Shown here piece by piece: positions 41,116 to 50,310 of a stretch of 64,000 nucleotides of DNA; the first letter of the stretch is position 1, and every line of letters starts with the position of its first letter. The position numbers and the translations under genes were made by a program. The notes under the pieces are model-generated. The model saw nothing but the letters and a program-made list of their open reading frames with translations, ran no database searches and was not told the DNA's origin. Source of the stretch: Alphaproteobacteria bacterium (GTDB lineage: Bacteria > Pseudomonadota > Alphaproteobacteria > GCA-2746255); the NCBI GenBank assembly GCA_965249135.1, contig OZ252220.1:1696001-1760000 (forward strand). Direction: 5' to 3'.

Positions 41116-41159
41116 CTTACGCTCCCTGCCATTTCCGCGCGTCGCCAGGAGACTACGAA

Positions 41160-41771
41160 ATGAGCATCGAATTACATAAGGGCGATCTACCCGACGGACT
41201 TGTCCTTGGTGATTTAGTTGCCATCGATACGGAAACGCTCGGTCTAAATCCAAATCGGGATCGGCTTTGCCTGATACAACTTTCCTCAGGCGATGGGAAC
41301 GCGCATCTCGTGCAATTCGAGAAAGATTCATACGATGCACCGAACTTGAAAGCGATCCTTACCGATACGAACGTAACGAAAATTTTTCACTTCGGCCGTT
41401 TTGATCTGGCTGTCATGCTTCGCTACCTTGGTGTTCTTTGTGAGCCCGTCTTTTGTACGAAGATCGCATCCCGTTTATCGCGCACTTACACGGACCGTCA
41501 CGGGCTGAAGGATCTTTGTCGCGAGCTTCTGAATGTGGAGTTGTCGAAGCAGCAACAATCCTCCGATTGGGGTGCGGCGGAGTTGACGCAGGCACAGCAC
41601 GATTATGCCGCATCCGACGTGCTTTATCTGCACCAGCTCCGCGAGAAGTTCCTCGAGATGCTCGATCGCGAAGGCCGAACGGAGCTTGCCAAAGCCTGCT
41701 TCCGTTTTTTGCCTTACCGGGCGGCGCTTGATCTCATCGGATGGGTGGATGAAGACATCTTCCGGCACTAA
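41160..41771 (+). CDS. rnd: Ribonuclease D-like 3'-5' exonuclease (short form)
   Basis: AIDTET, KIFHFGRFD, QQSSDWG, YAASDV. Confidence 0.92.
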   Translation: MSIELHKGDLPDGLVLGDLVAIDTETLGLNPNRDRLCLIQLSSGDGNAHLVQFEKDSYDAPNLKAILTDTNVTKIFHFGRFDLAVMLRYLGVLCEPVFCTKIASRLSRTYTDRHGLKDLCRELLNVELSKQQQSSDWGAAELTQAQHDYAASDVLYLHQLREKFLEMLDREGRTELAKACFRFLPYRAALDLIGWVDEDIFRH

Positions 41772-41846
41772 GAAAAGTCGCATACCGTTGATTTTTCATA
41801 AGCCCAGTCCCATACTCGACACGTTCTTACGCGCCCAGAGGGAACC

Positions 41847-42824
41847 ATGAAAGCTAGGACGAAACCGGCCAGCACCCCGGATGACCTTGCGGCCGCACGT
41901 CGCGTGCTCGAGATGGAAGTCGAGGGCATCGCCCGCTTTGCCACTTCCCTTGGCCAGGAATTCGCGGACGCTCTGGATCGCCTGGCGGCCGTAACGGGTC
42001 GCGTCGTCGTCACCGGCATCGGGAAAAGCGGGCACATTGCCCACAAGATTGCCGCGACCTTTGCTTCGACCGGCACACCAGCCCTTTTCGTGCATCCGGC
42101 GGAGGCAAGCCACGGGGACCTCGGCATGATCACCCCGAAGGATGCCGTGCTTGCGCTTTCGAATTCTGGAGAAACGCCGGAACTTGCCGACCTCATCGCC
42201 TATACGCGCCGCTTCACCATTCCGTTGATCGCAGTGACAGGGCGGCTGCAGAGCGCACTTGCGGAAGCAGCCGATGTGACGCTGGAGTTGCCGACGGCGC
42301 CGGAGGCCTGCCCGTTTGGGCTGGCACCGACGACATCGACGACGGTCATGTTGGCACTTGGGGATGCGCTGGCGGTGGCGCTGCTCGAGCGTAAAGGATT
42401 CACAGCCGATGAATTTCAAGTTCTCCATCCAGGTGGGCAGCTTGGAAGGAACTTGCTTCGGGTCTCCGACATCATGCACACCGGCGAGGCAATTCCGCTG
42501 GTTGGCGAAAAGGCTTTGATGTCAGATGCGTTGATCGTGATGACGACAAGGAGCTTCGGCTGTATCGGTATCCTGCATGACAACGATCGGCTTGTTGGAA
42601 TCATCACGGATGGGGATTTGCGTCGGCATATGGATAACCTTCTCAAGAAGAAGGCAGTGGACGTGATGACAGCGAACCCGAAGACCATTCGCCCAAACGC
42701 ATTGGCGGCGGAAGCGCTCGGCTATATGAACGCAAGTAAAATTACGAGTCTTTTCGTGGTCGAGGATACTCGGCCAGTGGGAATCCTTCACATTCACGAT
42801 TGTCTTCGCGCCGGCGTTGCCTGA
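41847..42824 (+). CDS. kdsD: Arabinose-5-phosphate isomerase (KpsF/GutQ)
   Basis: GIGKSG, EASHGDLG, SNSGET, APTTST, HPGG, two CBS domains. Confidence 0.96.
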   Translation: MKARTKPASTPDDLAAARRVLEMEVEGIARFATSLGQEFADALDRLAAVTGRVVVTGIGKSGHIAHKIAATFASTGTPALFVHPAEASHGDLGMITPKDAVLALSNSGETPELADLIAYTRRFTIPLIAVTGRLQSALAEAADVTLELPTAPEACPFGLAPTTSTTVMLALGDALAVALLERKGFTADEFQVLHPGGQLGRNLLRVSDIMHTGEAIPLVGEKALMSDALIVMTTRSFGCIGILHDNDRLVGIITDGDLRRHMDNLLKKKAVDVMTANPKTIRPNALAAEALGYMNASKITSLFVVEDTRPVGILHIHDCLRAGVA

Positions 42825-42831
42825 ACGAAAG

Positions 42832-43542
42832 ATGTCGACATTTGCAAGGGGCGAGGGCACGGGGACTTCGCCGTTCACGGCTGCCCGTATGGGCCTGAAG
42901 CGTTGGCGCCGCCGTCTGCGCCGCCGTCTGCGCCGCTCGCGGCGATTGGAGGGGTCCCGTCCCCATGCGCGGCGATACCGCTATGTCGGCGTATTGAAAT
43001 TGCTGTTGCCGGCCATTGCGGCGGTCCTCGTCGTCCTCGTCGCGTTCTGGCCGCAGCTTCGGGATCGCACAGGCGAATTCCGTCTGCGTTTTGCGACCCT
43101 AGGCTCACAGGAGGCGGAAACCGTCCAGATGATCAATCCGCGTTTTCTCGGTATCGACGAACTCGACCGGCACTATACGATTACGGCGGGACGCGCAACG
43201 CAGCGGGATGACGGGCGCATCAATCTCGAAAATCCAAAGGGCGACATGGCGCTTGAGGACGGGACGTGGATCGTGCTTTCGGCGAATACCGGCATTTATC
43301 ATAAGGAGCAGCAGGTGCTGAATTTGGCCGGCGGTGTGAACCTCTACCACGATTCCGGCTACGAATTTCATACCGAGCAAGCCAGCATCGACCTTCAGCA
43401 AGGCACGGCGAAGGGTGACACCCCAACGACCGGGCAAGGGCCGATCGGCCACATTCAATCCGAAGGATTCCGCATTTTCGAACGGGGCGATCGGGTCCTT
43501 TTTATCGGCAAGGCTCGCCTCGTGCTCTACGGCGAAGAGTAA
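42832..43542 (+). CDS. lptC: LPS export protein LptC
   Basis: Single TM (LKLLLPAIA), beta-jellyroll pattern, position between kdsD and lptA; start uncertain. Confidence 0.85.
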   Translation: MSTFARGEGTGTSPFTAARMGLKRWRRRLRRRLRRSRRLEGSRPHARRYRYVGVLKLLLPAIAAVLVVLVAFWPQLRDRTGEFRLRFATLGSQEAETVQMINPRFLGIDELDRHYTITAGRATQRDDGRINLENPKGDMALEDGTWIVLSANTGIYHKEQQVLNLAGGVNLYHDSGYEFHTEQASIDLQQGTAKGDTPTTGQGPIGHIQSEGFRIFERGDRVLFIGKARLVLYGEE

Positions 43543-43554
43543 GGTACTTCGCCA

Positions 43555-44391
43555 ATGAGAATTGCCCTTTTCCTTCGCGGGTTCGTCCTTTCGGCCTTCC
43601 TCGTGATGGCACCCTTCCAGCACAAGGCGACGGGCCAGGGGCTTAGCCTTGGTGGCGGCAAGGACGATGGCCCCATCGAGATCACGGCCGAGAATGGGAT
43701 CGAATGGTGGCAACCGAAACAACTTTACATTGCACGGGGCAATGCGAAGGCGATGCGGAATGATGTCAATCTTTTCGGTGATGAACTTACCGCGCATTAC
43801 CGTCTGGATTCGGAAGGCAATCGAGAAATTTGGCGGATCGATGCAGTTGGCAATGTCCGCGTCGTCTCGGCCAACGAGCAGGCTTACGGCGAGAAGGGTG
43901 TCTATAACGTCGATCAGGGAATCTTCGTTCTTACCGGCAAGATAAGACTGGATACGCCACAGGAACGTGTGACGGCAACCCGCAGCCTTGAATATTGGGT
44001 GAACAAAAACATGGCCGTTGCCCGTGGCAACGCTATTGCGATTCACGAAGACCGTCGCCTAAATGGGGAAACATTGGTTGCCTACTTTCATGCACCGGAC
44101 GCGAACGGAAAACGAAAGCTTCAGCGCCTCGAGGCCTATACGAACGTCCATGTCTCGACGCCTACGGAAATCATTCGAGGATCGCGCGGCGTATATGATG
44201 TCGATAGCGGTATCGCGACAATCATCGGATCGGTTAAGATTACCCGTGGCAACGACCAGATGAACGGCGAGTATGCCGAGGTCGACATGAACACCGGTGT
44301 CAGTCGGCTGTTGAGCGGTCCGAAAGGTAGCGGCGGGCGGGTGAAGGCGCTCATAAAACCTTCGAAAGTCAACGAAAAAGACAAGCAGTAA
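43555..44391 (+). CDS. lptA: LPS export periplasmic protein LptA (duplicated OstA-like domain)
   Basis: Signal peptide, PIEITA, ARGNA twice, GRVKALI. Confidence 0.88.
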   Translation: MRIALFLRGFVLSAFLVMAPFQHKATGQGLSLGGGKDDGPIEITAENGIEWWQPKQLYIARGNAKAMRNDVNLFGDELTAHYRLDSEGNREIWRIDAVGNVRVVSANEQAYGEKGVYNVDQGIFVLTGKIRLDTPQERVTATRSLEYWVNKNMAVARGNAIAIHEDRRLNGETLVAYFHAPDANGKRKLQRLEAYTNVHVSTPTEIIRGSRGVYDVDSGIATIIGSVKITRGNDQMNGEYAEVDMNTGVSRLLSGPKGSGGRVKALIKPSKVNEKDKQ

Positions 44392-44420
44392 CCCAATTGT
44401 TAGGAAGATCTTAAGGGGAA

Positions 44421-45209
44421 ATGGCGACAACCGAACCTATGGGAAAGAAAGCCACCTCGTCGGATTCCCCACGGCTTGTCTCGGACAATAACGGGCTGCA
44501 GGCGATCAAACTTGGCAAGCGCTTCAAGAAGCGGCCGGTGCTGCGCGAGGTAAGCTTGAGCGTGCAGCGCGGTGAAGCGGTCGGGCTCCTGGGTCCGAAC
44601 GGTGCCGGTAAGACGACCTGTTTTCACATCATCACCGGGCTGATTACACCGGATTACGGACGGATCCTGCTGGATGGGGAGGGCATCGGTGAGCTTCCCA
44701 TGTACCGTCGGGCGCGGTTGGGGATTGGCTATCTGCCTCAGGAGATGTCGATCTTTCGTGGGCTTTCCGTCGAAGAAAATATTCGCGCGGTGCTTGAAGT
44801 GGTCGAGCCGATACGCGAAGCGCGTGACACAATGCTTGAAGACCTTCTCGCGGAATTCTCGATTACGCATCTGCGCCGCACCCCGGCGCTCGCCCTTTCT
44901 GGTGGGGAACGGCGGCGCGTCGAGATTGCGCGCGCGCTGGCGTCACAACCCCATTTTGTGCTTCTTGACGAACCGCTGGCCGGCATCGATCCGATCGCCG
45001 TCGGCGACATTCGTGATCTTGTTTCGCATTTGAAGGACCGTGGAATCGGCGTCTTCATCACCGACCACAACGTCCGTGAAACCCTGGAAATCGTCGATCG
45101 CGCCTATATCCTTCACGACGGCATGGTGTTGATGGAAGGTTCTCCTTCCGAGATCGTCGCCCATGAAGGTGTGCGTCGCGTCTATCTTGGGGATCGGTTC
45201 AGTCTCTAA
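44421..45209 (+). CDS. lptB: LPS export ABC ATPase
   Basis: GPNGAGKTT, YLPQE, LSGGERRR, LLDEP, TDHNVRETL. Confidence 0.97.
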   Translation: MATTEPMGKKATSSDSPRLVSDNNGLQAIKLGKRFKKRPVLREVSLSVQRGEAVGLLGPNGAGKTTCFHIITGLITPDYGRILLDGEGIGELPMYRRARLGIGYLPQEMSIFRGLSVEENIRAVLEVVEPIREARDTMLEDLLAEFSITHLRRTPALALSGGERRRVEIARALASQPHFVLLDEPLAGIDPIAVGDIRDLVSHLKDRGIGVFITDHNVRETLEIVDRAYILHDGMVLMEGSPSEIVAHEGVRRVYLGDRFSL

Positions 45210-45224
45210 CATTCAGTGGGTGCC

Positions 45225-46682
45225 ATGGCGCTGACTCAACGCCTCGATCTGCGGCAGTCTCAGTCTCTCGTCATGACGCCGCAATTGCAGCAAGCGATCA
45301 AGTTGCTGCAATTGTCGAATTTTGAACTCGGCACTTTCCTTGAGGCGGAAGTGGAACGCAATCCACTGTTGGACTTCGAGGAGGGCGAGCCGGATGCGGC
45401 GCAAGTCACAGAAGAGGCAACGTCGGCACCAGCCGAGACGGCGCCGCTGGATGGGGAAATCGCCGACCGCTGGGAGGGGGAAAGCAATACCGATTCGTCC
45501 TATGAGGAGGGCCCCGATCTCGGTGGGTCTTGGGGGCATGGCGGCAGCGGGGGCTTTGGGCACGAGGCACCCAGCCTTGAGCAGACGCTTTCCGGAGAAA
45601 TCAATTTACGGGAACATCTCCTCGGACAACTGAACGTCGATCTGCACGACCCCGTCGACCGGATCATTGGACGGCATCTCATCAATCTCCTGGACGAGAC
45701 CGGCTACGTCACCGGCACGATCGAGAGCGCCGCCGAGTTGTTGGGGTGCGAGTGCTCACACATCGAAAATACGCTTCGCAAGCTGCAGGGCTTCGATCCA
45801 CCAGGTGTATTTGCGCGCGATCTGAAGGAATGCCTTGCCATTCAACTCCGGGACTTGGACCGGCTGGATCCGGCCATGGAGGCTATGCTGGAGCATCTGG
45901 ATCTTCTGGCGCGCCACGAGGGTGACCGGCTGATGAAGCTGTGTGGTGTGAACAAGGAAGATTTGGCCGACATGATTGCGGAGATTCGCGCCCTCAATCC
46001 GAAGCCGGGATTGGTCTTCGATGCAGCCGTGGCCCAGACGATCATCCCCGACGTTTTAATGCGCAGCCAGCGGGATGGCGACTGGATCGTCGAGCTCAAC
46101 GCCGAATCCCTTCCACGGGTTCTCGTCAACAACGCCTATTATCAGCGGATCAGCGGCGAGGCTCGAAAGAAAGAGGAAAGGCAATACATCTCGGAACAGT
46201 TTCAGTCGGCAAGCTGGCTCGTGAAATCGCTGCATCAAAGGGCCACGACGATCCTTCGCGTCGCCAGCGAGATCGTACGCCAGCAAGACGCTTTTTTCCG
46301 CCACGGTGTGCAGCATCTTCGCCCACTTGTACTGCGCAATATTGCAAGCGAAATTGACATGCACGAAAGTACGGTGAGTCGCGTGACTGCGAATAAATTC
46401 ATGCTCACGCCGCGGGGAGTCTACGAATTAAAATACTTCTTCACGGCTTGTATCCCGCGCACCGGGGAGGGCGAAGCCCATTCTTCGGAATCCGTACGTC
46501 AGCGAATCAAGGCGCTGGTGGACGCCGAGAAAGCCGACCAGGTGCTTTCCGATGACAAGATCGTCGAAATTCTCAAGGGTGAAAGAATTGAGATTGCCAG
46601 GCGAACCGTTGCAAAGTATCGGGAAGCCCTTGGAATCGCGTCCTCTGTTCAGCGGCGTCGGCAGAAGACATCCACGCTATAG
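45225..46682 (+). CDS. rpoN: RNA polymerase sigma-54 factor
   Basis: MTPQLQQAIKLLQ, HESTVSR, RpoN box ARRTVAKYR. Confidence 0.98.
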   Translation: MALTQRLDLRQSQSLVMTPQLQQAIKLLQLSNFELGTFLEAEVERNPLLDFEEGEPDAAQVTEEATSAPAETAPLDGEIADRWEGESNTDSSYEEGPDLGGSWGHGGSGGFGHEAPSLEQTLSGEINLREHLLGQLNVDLHDPVDRIIGRHLINLLDETGYVTGTIESAAELLGCECSHIENTLRKLQGFDPPGVFARDLKECLAIQLRDLDRLDPAMEAMLEHLDLLARHEGDRLMKLCGVNKEDLADMIAEIRALNPKPGLVFDAAVAQTIIPDVLMRSQRDGDWIVELNAESLPRVLVNNAYYQRISGEARKKEERQYISEQFQSASWLVKSLHQRATTILRVASEIVRQQDAFFRHGVQHLRPLVLRNIASEIDMHESTVSRVTANKFMLTPRGVYELKYFFTACIPRTGEGEAHSSESVRQRIKALVDAEKADQVLSDDKIVEILKGERIEIARRTVAKYREALGIASSVQRRRQKTSTL

Positions 46683-46692
46683 CCTGCGCCTA

Positions 46693-46721
46693 TTGACTTG
46701 CATATTGGCCGGCACTATCGT
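46693..46721 (+). promoter_or_regulatory. Sigma70-like promoter upstream of ptsN
   Basis: TTGACT-N17-TATCGT. Confidence 0.55.
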
Positions 46722-46822
46722 CCCGTCGCTCATTCAATCACCGCATCCAATCGCATAGCGGTAAAACAACCTGATCCGAAAAGTTGCCAAGGATTAACGC
46801 TGCAAAGCGCTATGAACCAATT

Positions 46823-47287
46823 ATGGAAATTACGGATCTGATCACGTCGAAAAACGTGATTCTGAATCTGCGGGCGTCCAGTAAGAAGCAAGCCCTTCAG
46901 GAGCTCTCCCAAAAGGCGGCGAAGATCGCGGAACTGCAGGAGCGGGCGATCTTCGATGTGTTGCTTGAACGCGAAAAGTTGGGAACAACCGGCGTCGGTT
47001 CGGGTGTAGCGATTCCCCATGGGAAGCTTGATGAGCTGGGCCAGCTTTGCGGCATCTTTGCGAAGCTCGAGAAACCGATTGATTTCGAATCCATCGACGA
47101 ACGTCCCGTTGACCTCATCTTCATGTTGCTGGCACCCAAATCGGCAGGCACGGAGCACTTGAAGGCGTTGGCCCGAATCTCCCGGCTTTTAAGGGACGAG
47201 GCGACCTGTGAGAAACTTCGCGGGTCCGACACGGTGGAGGCCATTTATGCGCTTCTCATCTGTGCCGATGAAGCGGGCGGCGGATAA
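46823..47287 (+). CDS. ptsN: PTS IIA-like nitrogen regulatory protein
   Basis: REKLGTTGVG, VAIPHG, HLKALARISR. Confidence 0.96.
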   Translation: MEITDLITSKNVILNLRASSKKQALQELSQKAAKIAELQERAIFDVLLEREKLGTTGVGSGVAIPHGKLDELGQLCGIFAKLEKPIDFESIDERPVDLIFMLLAPKSAGTEHLKALARISRLLRDEATCEKLRGSDTVEAIYALLICADEAGGG

Positions 47288-47316
47288 AAAAATGGCGGGA
47301 GCCTCGGCCCCCGCCA
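47286..47316 (-). terminator. Intrinsic terminator of the Hsp20-DUF1150 operon
   Basis: Minus strand UGGCGGGGGC-CGAG-GCUCCCGCCA followed by U7. Confidence 0.8.
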
Positions 47317-47363
47317 ATTAAATCTTCCTTAGGGAACTTCGGAAAATTTATTTGTAGTTTGCG

Positions 47364-47588
47364 TTAGTGGACGCTGACCGGGTGCATGTCCTGTTCCAGG
47401 ATGGCCCCATAGGCGAGTTCCAGCTCGCTTGCGATGGCAAGTTGCGTGCCGTCGGCGGCATGTACGGCATAGCCCCCAGCGCCTTCGTCATCGACCGGGA
47501 TCGGCCGCACATAAGCGATGTGGGATAATCCCAGCGAAGCAAGGCCTTGGCTAGAAAGGTGCCGTAACTGTTCGTTCCGGTCCGTCAT
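47364..47588 (-). CDS. DUF1150 family small protein
   Basis: IAYVRP, YAVHAADG, C-terminal PVSVH; lies directly after Hsp20. Confidence 0.88.
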   Translation of the reverse strand: MTDRNEQLRHLSSQGLASLGLSHIAYVRPIPVDDEGAGGYAVHAADGTQLAIASELELAYGAILEQDMHPVSVH

Positions 47589-47604
47589 GATCTTTCACCT
47601 TGAA

Positions 47605-48069
47605 TTAGGCGTCCGCCTGCTCCGTATGAACGTCGATCGTCTCGCCCGACGTCGAACGGTTTTCGCGGATGTTAATTTTGCGGGCCTGATTTTTGACGCT
47701 GGGTCGAACCAGATCGATGTGCAGAAGGCCGTTATCGAAGGACGCGTCCACGACCTCGATTCCATCGGCCAGCACGAAGCGCCGCTCGAACCTGCGGGTC
47801 GCGATCCCCCGATGATGGAAGACGCGGTCCTCTTCCTCTTCCTTATGCTCACCTTGGATAACGAGCTCGTTGTCCTCGATCGAAACGCCGAGCTCATTCA
47901 CGTTGAAACCGGCAACGGCAACGGTGATGCGAAGCCCGTCCTCCTTAAGCTGTTCGATGTTGTAGGGCGGATAGCCGTCGCTTGCGGCTTTCGTCACGCG
48001 GTCGAGGGTGCGCTCGAATTCGTCGAATCCAAGCAGAAAGGGGCTGTTGAAAAGTGGAAAACGTGTCAT
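47605..48069 (-). CDS. Small heat shock protein (Hsp20/IbpA family)
   Basis: SPFLLGFD, YPPYNIE, AVAGF, HRGIA.R.FERRF.LA, NGLLHIDL. Confidence 0.95.
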   Translation of the reverse strand: MTRFPLFNSPFLLGFDEFERTLDRVTKAASDGYPPYNIEQLKEDGLRITVAVAGFNVNELGVSIEDNELVIQGEHKEEEEDRVFHHRGIATRRFERRFVLADGIEVVDASFDNGLLHIDLVRPSVKNQARKINIRENRSTSGETIDVHTEQADA

Positions 48070-48155
48070 TTGCAGTCTCCTCAAGACCTGAGCAAGTTGC
48101 AGATTGGGCCCGGCATTCCGGCACCCGGTGTTGGCGGCCCACCTGGCGCCGCCAT
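48066..48155 (-). promoter_or_regulatory. ROSE-type RNA thermometer
   Basis: Three hairpins; the last, UGCA-A-CUUGCUCA-GGUCU-UGAGGAG-AC-UGCA, pairs U(U/C)GCU with the AGGAG SD. Confidence 0.8.
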
Positions 48156-48160
48156 CCCAT

Positions 48161-48188
48161 ATCTAGGAAGGAAAGCCCGGAAATCAAG
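48161..48188 (-). promoter_or_regulatory. RpoH (sigma32) promoter of the Hsp20 gene
   Basis: CTTGAT-N15-CCTAGAT directly upstream of the ROSE leader. Confidence 0.7.
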
Positions 48189-48255
48189 AGGGGGGTCCGC
48201 CCAGGGGAGAGCGGAAAAAAATATTTATTTTCAATTCGTTAAGGCGCTTGCGGGG

Positions 48256-48331
<76 letters not shown>

Positions 48332-48435
48332 GGCACCTTAACTCCCTGGCCGGACTACCTGCCGGCAGGAGCTCGTAAGCGATGGAAAGGTAGTGAGCCT
48401 GAACCAAGGAGGGCAAGCGAAAAAAGAAGGCCTCT

Positions 48436-48807
48436 CTAGTTCTCGTCGACCACGATGACCGTATCGATCACCTTGGTCACGTCCTCGGATTCGTCGCCCA
48501 ACTCGGCGGCATCCTCGATGATTTTTTCCTCATCCTCTTCGTCACCGGCCTTGATCCCCTCGATTTCGCCCTCAAGCTCAGGGCTTGTCTCGGGGTCTTT
48601 TTTCCTGGGCGGTGGAGGGGCTTGCTTCGGCGGCTGAGCCGGCGCTTCTGCTTCCTTTGCCTTTCGGCCGCGGCGCGGTTTTGCCTGGGGTTCGTCGGCT
48701 GCTTCCGTCCGACAATTCGGACAGACCGGGCCGGCGGAACCCATGTCGTAATATCGGATTCCACAGTTCGCACAAAGGTGCTTATTGCCCCATTCCGGCT
48801 TGCCCAC
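48436..48807 (-). CDS. TIGR02300 / FYDLN-acid zinc-ribbon protein
   Basis: KPEWGNKHLCANCGIRYYDM..CPNC plus acidic tail; probable GTG start. Confidence 0.85.
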   Translation of the reverse strand: MGKPEWGNKHLCANCGIRYYDMGSAGPVCPNCRTEAADEPQAKPRRGRKAKEAEAPAQPPKQAPPPPRKKDPETSPELEGEIEGIKAGDEEDEEKIIEDAAELGDESEDVTKVIDTVIVVDEN

Positions 48808-48972
48808 GATGCGCTTCCTAGGCTGGGTGAAACCGCCTAAGCCATTTGCCATGATCGTTTTCTTCTGTCAAAACGAATCTGCAGCCCGGCGCAAGATCGT
48901 TCGCCGCGCATGGCGCCGGGGCTTGGGGGTGTGATAGAGACTCCCCAAGACCGTGTTCCATCGAGGCTCTCT

Positions 48973-50310
48973 ATGCATCCGCTTCAATCCGCCACCGCCG
49001 ATCCGCTTCACGGGCTGGTTTCCGTTCCGGGAGACAAATCGATCTCGCATCGGGCGGTCCTATTGGCGGCGATGGCCGTCGGCGAAACGGAAATCGAAGG
49101 ACTGCTGGAGGGGGAAGATGTCCTGCGAACGGTGGCGGCCCTTCGTGCGCTGGGGGTGGAGATCACGGAGGCGGCGGGGGGAAAACGCCAGCTATACGGC
49201 GTCGGTGTCGGCGGCCTCGCCGAGCCGGATGGTGTTCTCGATTTCGGAAATTCCGGGACGGGCGTGCGGCTCATGGCCGGTCTTCTCGCCACGCACCCCT
49301 TCACGAGCATGCTTACCGGGGATGCCTCGCTCCGGCGACGGCCCATGGCGCGGATCATTACGCCCCTTGAGCAGATGGGCGCGCGGCTCCTTGCTCGCGA
49401 CGGTTCGCGCCTGCCGATGACGATCGAGGGCACGGCAGAACCGATCCCGATTTCCTATCGGTTGTCGCTTCCGTCCGCGCAGGTAAAGTCGGCCATTCTG
49501 CTCGCAGGTTTAAACACGCCCGGCAGGACGACCGTCGTTGAGCCGATTGCGACCCGCGACCATACGGAGCGTCTGCTCACCTATCTTGGCGCCCGTGTCG
49601 AGGTCTCCGACGCCCCGGAGGGCGACCGCGCCATCGAAGTGGTTGGGCAGCCCGAGCTTAAAGGGAAGAAGATTTTCATTCCGTCGGACCCATCCTCGGC
49701 TGCCTTTCTTGCCGTGGCGGCGCTGCTCGTGCCGGATTCCGAAATTACGCTTACCCGGATTGGGGCAAATCGCCTTCGCACCGGCTTTTATTTGACGCTT
49801 GCGAAAATGGGGGCGGCGCTGGATTGGCAGAAGAAAGACGAGGAATGCGGAGAACCGGTCGCCGATCTGAATGTCAAGGCGTCTTCGCTTTCCGCGATCG
49901 AAGTGCCGGCGGCATGGGTTCCTTCCATGATCGACGAATACCCGGTTCTCGCCGTGGCGGCCGCGGCAGCAGAAGGTACGACGGTATTGAATGGCCTGGC
50001 CGAACTTCGCGTGAAGGAAAGCGACCGGCTTGCCGCGATCTCCGAAGGGTTGCGCGCGTCGGGCGTCGAGGTCGAGGAAAGCGAGGACCGTCTGGTGATC
50101 CAGGGGCATGGCGGGCGCTTGCCCGGTGGCGGCACGGTGCGCACCCATCTCGACCATCGAATCGCGATGGCCTTTCTCGTTCTTGGCATGGCTTCCGAGC
50201 GGCCCGTTCGGATTGACGACGGCAGCGTGATCGAAACGAGCTTTCCGGGCTTCGTCGAGCTCGTGAATGGAATCGGCGGGCGTATCACGAAGGAAGGAAA
50301 CGGTGCGTGA
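48973..50310 (+). CDS. aroA: EPSP synthase (class II)
   Basis: PGDKSISHR, GNSGT, RRPM, SAQVKS, RDHTE, LRVKESDR, DHRIAM. Confidence 0.97.
   Translation: MHPLQSATADPLHGLVSVPGDKSISHRAVLLAAMAVGETEIEGLLEGEDVLRTVAALRALGVEITEAAGGKRQLYGVGVGGLAEPDGVLDFGNSGTGVRLMAGLLATHPFTSMLTGDASLRRRPMARIITPLEQMGARLLARDGSRLPMTIEGTAEPIPISYRLSLPSAQVKSAILLAGLNTPGRTTVVEPIATRDHTERLLTYLGARVEVSDAPEGDRAIEVVGQPELKGKKIFIPSDPSSAAFLAVAALLVPDSEITLTRIGANRLRTGFYLTLAKMGAALDWQKKDEECGEPVADLNVKASSLSAIEVPAAWVPSMIDEYPVLAVAAAAAEGTTVLNGLAELRVKESDRLAAISEGLRASGVEVEESEDRLVIQGHGGRLPGGGTVRTHLDHRIAMAFLVLGMASERPVRIDDGSVIETSFPGFVELVNGIGGRITKEGNGA

Noticed and set aside
47318-47332. TTAA-N7-TTAG CtrA-like sequence
   Set aside because: It lies between convergent gene ends beside a terminator, with no promoter to regulate; likely chance in an AT-rich gap.
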